Shown here in pieces: positions 59,533-64,000 of a DNA stretch of 64,000 nucleotides. This DNA comes from Fibrobacterales bacterium (GTDB lineage: Bacteria; Fibrobacterota; Fibrobacteria; Fibrobacterales; JAOPTW01). The notes below the pieces were generated by a model. That model was not told the origin of the DNA. It was given only the letters and a program-made list of their open reading frames with translations, and made no database searches. The position numbers and the translations under genes are program-made. Each line of letters begins with the position of its first letter. Position 1 is the first letter of the stretch. The stretch is taken from positions 96,001 to 160,000 of the forward strand of contig JAOPTW010000006.1 of NCBI GenBank assembly GCA_051532035.1, written 5' to 3'.

Positions 59533-60207
59533 ATGAACACCTTTTTTGTACTCCTTCTTTTGAGCGCACTATCACTCAGTGCCTTTACTCGCAATATTAA
59601 ACCTGGAGGCATTTCCTACTCTGCATCACTGCACTTTGGCTGGCAGGATAGTGAAATACACTTTGGGGGCACTGATTCAATACCATTTTATGATCACAAT
59701 CCAGAGACTGTAACTGACTCACTCACCGGACACGCTCCAACACTCAGCTTTTACTCCGGCCCTGTATACGACTTCCGCCTATCAGCTCACGTAGGAGCTC
59801 AACAACTAAAAATATCACTTGCCCTAGTGGATCACGATCTCTCATATCCCACGCAGAATGAGACCTCTCTCTTTTATCGCCTCAGCATTGCCTACCAATA
59901 CACTTTTTTCCAAGAGTGGATACTATCCCCTTATATCTCCCCTGGCATGGGCTTTCATAGGATCACTGTGGATAATGGATTTAATGATGTAACCGGCCAA
60001 ACACGAAATTTCACTCTTACAGGAAAGCACTATCACATTGAGACTGGTATTGAGTACCCTCTCTTTGAACACCTTACCCTTACAGGTGGTGTGCTGTATC
60101 GCTGGACAAACTATCAAAACTTTGGAGTCGGTACAGAGACCAGTTATCAGCTTAATAAGTGGGGCCGTGAATTAAATGGAATGATTGGAGTTCGCATCCC
60201 CTTCTAA
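59533..60207 (+). CDS. Outer-membrane beta-barrel protein
   Basis: Signal peptide; alternating strands (SPYISPGMG, ETGIEY), terminal GVRIPF. Confidence 0.7.
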   Translation: MNTFFVLLLLSALSLSAFTRNIKPGGISYSASLHFGWQDSEIHFGGTDSIPFYDHNPETVTDSLTGHAPTLSFYSGPVYDFRLSAHVGAQQLKISLALVDHDLSYPTQNETSLFYRLSIAYQYTFFQEWILSPYISPGMGFHRITVDNGFNDVTGQTRNFTLTGKHYHIETGIEYPLFEHLTLTGGVLYRWTNYQNFGVGTETSYQLNKWGRELNGMIGVRIPF

Positions 60208-60228
60208 TGAATTAAAAGGGAATTGCAC

Positions 60229-60951
60229 CTATAGATCGAAGTGAAATCCCATCTCTTGAAGCTTGTTATATTTTCTCTTATCAAAACGATAATATCGAGC
60301 CGCACGATGTGAAACACCTGTTTGGCGTTCATTCAGTGCCACGAGGAAATCCATTTTAAGAATTTTTTTACGGAAATTACGCTTATCAAGCTCTAATCCG
60401 AGAATCTCTTCGTACAGCTTTTGAAGTTCTGTAAGAGTAAATTTACGAGGAAGAAGTTCAAAACCGATTGGTTCATAGCGTACTTTTGATTTAAGGCGCT
60501 TGTGTGCCGCCTCAAGTATTTCACCATGATCAAAAGGCATAGTCGGCGCCTCAGATACTTTATTCCAACTTATCTTACGCACGTTGTTACCCGCCTGTAA
60601 GTTGTAATCCTCAGGATTAATCAATGCATAGTAGGCAACAGTTATTACACGCTTAAGTGGATAACGCTCTACCTCACCAAAAGTGAAGAGTTGTTCAAGA
60701 AAAATATCTCGTACACCCGTTAAATCACCAAGAATTCTCTCTGAAGCATTTTCGAGACTTTCACTCACATGTACCAAACCACCAGGAAGTGCAAGCTGCC
60801 CCGCACACGGCTCAACATCCATCTCAAGAGTAATGAAATGGAGTGCATTCTCCACTACACCAAAAATGACATAGTCCACTGAGAGATGTTCTAGATACTC
60901 ATTCTGGTCACGATACGGAGAGGTTTCGGCGTCTTTGGTATTTATTGGCAT
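60229..60951 (-). CDS. NrtR family regulator (Nudix + winged HTH)
   Basis: SVD.VIF, ALPGG, EQL.TFG...R.P..R.I.VAY, FDH..I, FTL.ELQ..YE, DKRNFRKK. Confidence 0.92.
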   Translation of the reverse strand: MPINTKDAETSPYRDQNEYLEHLSVDYVIFGVVENALHFITLEMDVEPCAGQLALPGGLVHVSESLENASERILGDLTGVRDIFLEQLFTFGEVERYPLKRVITVAYYALINPEDYNLQAGNNVRKISWNKVSEAPTMPFDHGEILEAAHKRLKSKVRYEPIGFELLPRKFTLTELQKLYEEILGLELDKRNFRKKILKMDFLVALNERQTGVSHRAARYYRFDKRKYNKLQEMGFHFDL

Positions 60952-61065
60952 GTGCTATCTCGAGGGTTTTAATCGTAAGTGAAAAATAACATAAAAGAGC
61001 ACGCTATTCAAAGAGTAACGTACCCATTAGATGGAAAAAAGTTCGTTTTTTTACCGATCACACTA

Positions 61066-62409
61066 TTATGTGTCAACTTCGACAACAGTACCTGACTTTA
61101 CTTCATCAGCTAGTGAAATTGAACGGTTATAACGCCCCTCTTTGGGGCCATTTTCAAGGTTAAGTACTCCACGTGGGCATGCAAGTGAACACATACCGCA
61201 CCCAACACAACTAGCACGTATAATATTCTCACCCCTTTGAGCATACTCACGTACATCAATACCCATCTCACAATAAGTTGAACAATTTCCGCATGACACA
61301 CATTGAGCACCATTAGTTGTAATTCTAAATCGTGAATTTACCCGTTGTAATATCCCCAGTATTCCCGCCATTGGACAGCCAAAACGACACCAGATTCGAG
61401 TTCCCAACAAAGGATACAACCCGACCCCAATTACTCCCGAGAGAACTGAGCCAATAAAAAAGCCATAAAACTCGGCAAGTCCTTTTGAGAAGCCAGTAAC
61501 CCACCCTGTCGCAAAAGAGAACCAGAGTGCCCCTGTGGCAAAAACAATAAGGCCCAGTACCGAGTAGATTGAAACCTTCTCAATAGACCAGGCACGCTTT
61601 GTTGAGCTTGACAGATGGCGCCATGTGTCGCCCGCAGTATTGGCAAGCCCACCACACCCACACACCCAAGAGCAGTACCACCGTTTACCATAGAGATACG
61701 TCAAAATAGGGGTGAGCACAAAAGTAAATGCAACTCCCCATACCAGCAAAACTAATGACAATTTCGCGGGGTTATTCATCAGCCCGATAAAATTCGTAGG
61801 AAAAAAGTCACTATAGCTCAGTGGCCACGAGTAGTTGAGATATTTTTCTGGCTGTTTAAAATAAACCAGTAGAGAGGGTATTAAAAATGCAAGAAAAAAT
61901 TGTGCAGCCATTACCACCGCAGTACGCACAATCTGATAGCGACTATGACGATAACGAATGAGAGCACGGGTCCCCATAACCACAACTGCAATGGTATAGA
62001 ACAGGCCATAAAAATACCACTGATCCGATGGTTTACCTCGAAGCCATTGACTTATGGGGTCACTCATTCTATAAAGATGCACAAGCGTGTGAGGCCACCA
62101 GTACCACAACACATAAAAGAGGGTGATAACCACACCTAATACCCATGCAGGAACCCCTCTATTGGTAACACCACTAAACATTGTGCCATTATTCATCACC
62201 CCTTTATGACGAGTGAGATACGTAGCGGCACTATGTCCGATAGTCCCGACAACGAGTGGCATCACCACAAGAAGCAGCACAAGAAGGGAGTGAGAAGAAC
62301 CATACCCAATAAGTGACAGGGCCAGAGCAATTAAGCCTATATAGATCATAACAATAGCAGCAATCTGTGCACCACTCCGTGTTTTAACATAACTGGTTAC
62401 ATAACTCAT
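61066..62409 (-). CDS. Polytopic membrane 4Fe-4S protein (NapH/MauN-like)
   Basis: GKRWYCSWVCGCG, R.WCRFGCP, CVSCGNCSTYC, CVGCGMCSLACP. Confidence 0.88.
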   Translation of the reverse strand: MSYVTSYVKTRSGAQIAAIVMIYIGLIALALSLIGYGSSHSLLVLLLVVMPLVVGTIGHSAATYLTRHKGVMNNGTMFSGVTNRGVPAWVLGVVITLFYVLWYWWPHTLVHLYRMSDPISQWLRGKPSDQWYFYGLFYTIAVVVMGTRALIRYRHSRYQIVRTAVVMAAQFFLAFLIPSLLVYFKQPEKYLNYSWPLSYSDFFPTNFIGLMNNPAKLSLVLLVWGVAFTFVLTPILTYLYGKRWYCSWVCGCGGLANTAGDTWRHLSSSTKRAWSIEKVSIYSVLGLIVFATGALWFSFATGWVTGFSKGLAEFYGFFIGSVLSGVIGVGLYPLLGTRIWCRFGCPMAGILGILQRVNSRFRITTNGAQCVSCGNCSTYCEMGIDVREYAQRGENIIRASCVGCGMCSLACPRGVLNLENGPKEGRYNRSISLADEVKSGTVVEVDT

Positions 62410-63767
62410 ACTACTACCCCCTTTTTATTCCAGAGTCTCTTCCACAAGGGCGTTTGTAACCCTTTAGGCGTTGTAAGGGATACAGGTCCAAAAGAACGGT
62501 TAAAACACTCAATAACCGATTCTTCGAACCGGATAAAAAATTCAGGGTCGAAATTAAGCGCCCCTAAATGTTCCATCACATAGGTAATAGTTCGAGCTTC
62601 TGCTATCCACTTTTCGCAAATCTCATGTCGTGCTCTAATACCAAAAAAGTTGAATCCGGTTACGGCCTCTCCCTCTTTCTTGAAGGTCACCCGCATAAGG
62701 CGGTGTTCCTTTGAGTCTTCCCAGACAAACGTTGCTTCATCATTCACGGGCTTGGGAAGTACCATACCGTAGGTTTGATACTCAATATCAAAAAATTTGG
62801 CCGAGTTAAACCAAATTCCCGGAGTGTATTTACAGTCTCCCCCTCCAAGAATTGCACCCAGCGTCTCACCATGTGCTTTAGCCGTGTACCATACTTGCTC
62901 CACAGGGCGTCTCCCCGGAAGGGGCCCCCTAAACTGAGCGCAATCACCTACTGCATAGACATGAGGTATTGAGGTTTTAAATTGATGATCAATAAGGATC
63001 CCCCGTTCACACTCAAGTACGCTCTCTTTAACAAAATCAATGTTGGGGTGTACACCTACAGTTATACCTACAAACTGACAAGCGATCTCTTCACCTTCTG
63101 TCGTTATAATTTTTTCGACACGTCCCGATGCATCTTTTACAATCTCTTGAAGTTCCGATCCAAGACGCAGATCAACATGATGCTCTTGTATATGTCGTCC
63201 AATCATCTTGGACTCTTCGGGGGGAAGTACTGCACTCCAAAAAAGCTCTTCACGCACCAAAAAAGTGACCGGTATATTTCGAGAAAGCAGCATCTCTGCA
63301 ACCTCAACCCCAATGAGGCCTCCACCTACAACAACTGCTCGTTGAATATCTTTGGTATGGGTCTCCATTTTTTTAAGATCATTCATTGAATAAAACCCTT
63401 GCACCCCAGTAGCCTCTTGACCCGGCCAACCAAAAAAATTTGATGCAGAGCCCGTGGCAAGCACAAGCTCGGTATAGGTAATAACAGAATTATCCTGTAA
63501 TTTCAATTCTTGCTTAGTATAGTCAACTTCGACCACTTCATTTTGAATGAGAGAGATATTCTGCGCTTTCCAAAAAGATGACTCATAGGGTTGTGTCTGC
63601 TCCACGGTCATGTGGCCCATGTATATATACATAAGTGCAGGACGAGAAAAAAAGTAAGGGCTCTCTTTAGAGATAATGGTAATAGACCCACTGCTTTGCT
63701 TTGCCCGAAGGGCTAATGCAGCAGAAACACCGGCAGCTCCATTTCCAATAATAACAACATGACTCAT
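62406..63767 (-). CDS. NAD(P)/FAD-dependent oxidoreductase (pyridine nucleotide-disulfide family)
   Basis: IIGNGAAG, LATGS, VVGGGLIGVE, YAVGDCA; stop overlaps the start of the 4Fe-4S gene. Confidence 0.9.
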   Translation of the reverse strand: MSHVVIIGNGAAGVSAALALRAKQSSGSITIISKESPYFFSRPALMYIYMGHMTVEQTQPYESSFWKAQNISLIQNEVVEVDYTKQELKLQDNSVITYTELVLATGSASNFFGWPGQEATGVQGFYSMNDLKKMETHTKDIQRAVVVGGGLIGVEVAEMLLSRNIPVTFLVREELFWSAVLPPEESKMIGRHIQEHHVDLRLGSELQEIVKDASGRVEKIITTEGEEIACQFVGITVGVHPNIDFVKESVLECERGILIDHQFKTSIPHVYAVGDCAQFRGPLPGRRPVEQVWYTAKAHGETLGAILGGGDCKYTPGIWFNSAKFFDIEYQTYGMVLPKPVNDEATFVWEDSKEHRLMRVTFKKEGEAVTGFNFFGIRARHEICEKWIAEARTITYVMEHLGALNFDPEFFIRFEESVIECFNRSFGPVSLTTPKGLQTPLWKRLWNKKGVVV

Positions 63768-63878
63768 AACGAACCCAATCAAATGATTTCTCTTTAGTGA
63801 AAGGTATCACACTTTCCTTACAGATTGAGGATATTTATTTGATAAAAAGATTAATTAGGAAGGAAGGCCTGAATAGCC

Positions 63879-64000
63879 CTATAAGGATCCATTAATAAGT
63901 GACACTACTACATCACGATCAGTGTGGGTTGGTGCATCACCAAAATCAAAGGATTTTCGTTCCCAAGTTCCGTCTTCTTTAAGAACCCCGCCCCACACAA
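63879..64000 (-). CDS. 3' end of a CDS running in from outside the window (partial)
   Basis: Open frame VWGGVLKEDGTWERKSFDFGDAPTHTDRDVVVSLINGSL ending in TAG. Confidence 0.35.
   Translation of the reverse strand, partial: VWGGVLKEDGTWERKSFDFGDAPTHTDRDVVVSLINGSL

Noticed and set aside
60977..60994. NrtR autoregulatory site
   Set aside because: Only a weak imperfect palindrome (TAAGTGA-N4-TAACATA) in AT-rich DNA
924..63389. The many 60-180 aa ORFs nested in or antisense to the called genes
   Set aside because: No SD, no recognisable motifs, and fully overlapping well-supported CDSs
1..64000. CRISPR array, rRNA, tRNA, IS transposase, integrase or phage genes
   Set aside because: No regularly spaced repeats, no recognisable RNA-gene signatures and no such protein motifs seen by eye; short RNAs could be missed without a covariance search

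Overview
A gene-dense, moderately AT-rich bacterial chromosome segment. It is most consistent with a Fibrobacterota genome: there is a TIGR02147/DUF4423 regulator plus its lipoprotein partner, many lipoproteins with Ser-rich SS-linkers, and T9SS-like C-terminal tails. No rRNA, tRNA, CRISPR array, transposase or prophage gene was recognised. The left ~28 kb is an accessory, secretion-rich region. It holds a SemiSWEET with a LacI-type palindrome in its promoter, an N-terminally reduced GH31, an expansin, a GPH sugar symporter, a tandem GH55-GH55-thaumatin (beta-1,3-glucan) lipoprotein cluster and an unclassified GH-A-like/SGNH fusion. Most strikingly, it also holds a Cys-rich lipoprotein (26318-28300) that carries, in order, the motifs of a canonical eukaryote-type poly(ADP-ribose) glycohydrolase (PARG), with QDE in place of QEE. 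The right part holds sbcCD, sulP, a DEAD-box helicase, a PAS/TM/LamG Ser/Thr kinase, topB, a receptor-fused CheA-like kinase + CheY opposite a membrane-anchored sugar-binding protein, pyk, lon, cheY-cheC, yggS-yggT-divIVA-yggU, an NrtR regulator and an oxidoreductase/4Fe-4S pair. Three small ORFs missed by the ORF track and a ~108-bp TA-flanked hairpin element were found by reading the sequence. All family assignments come from motif recognition by eye; no searches were run.
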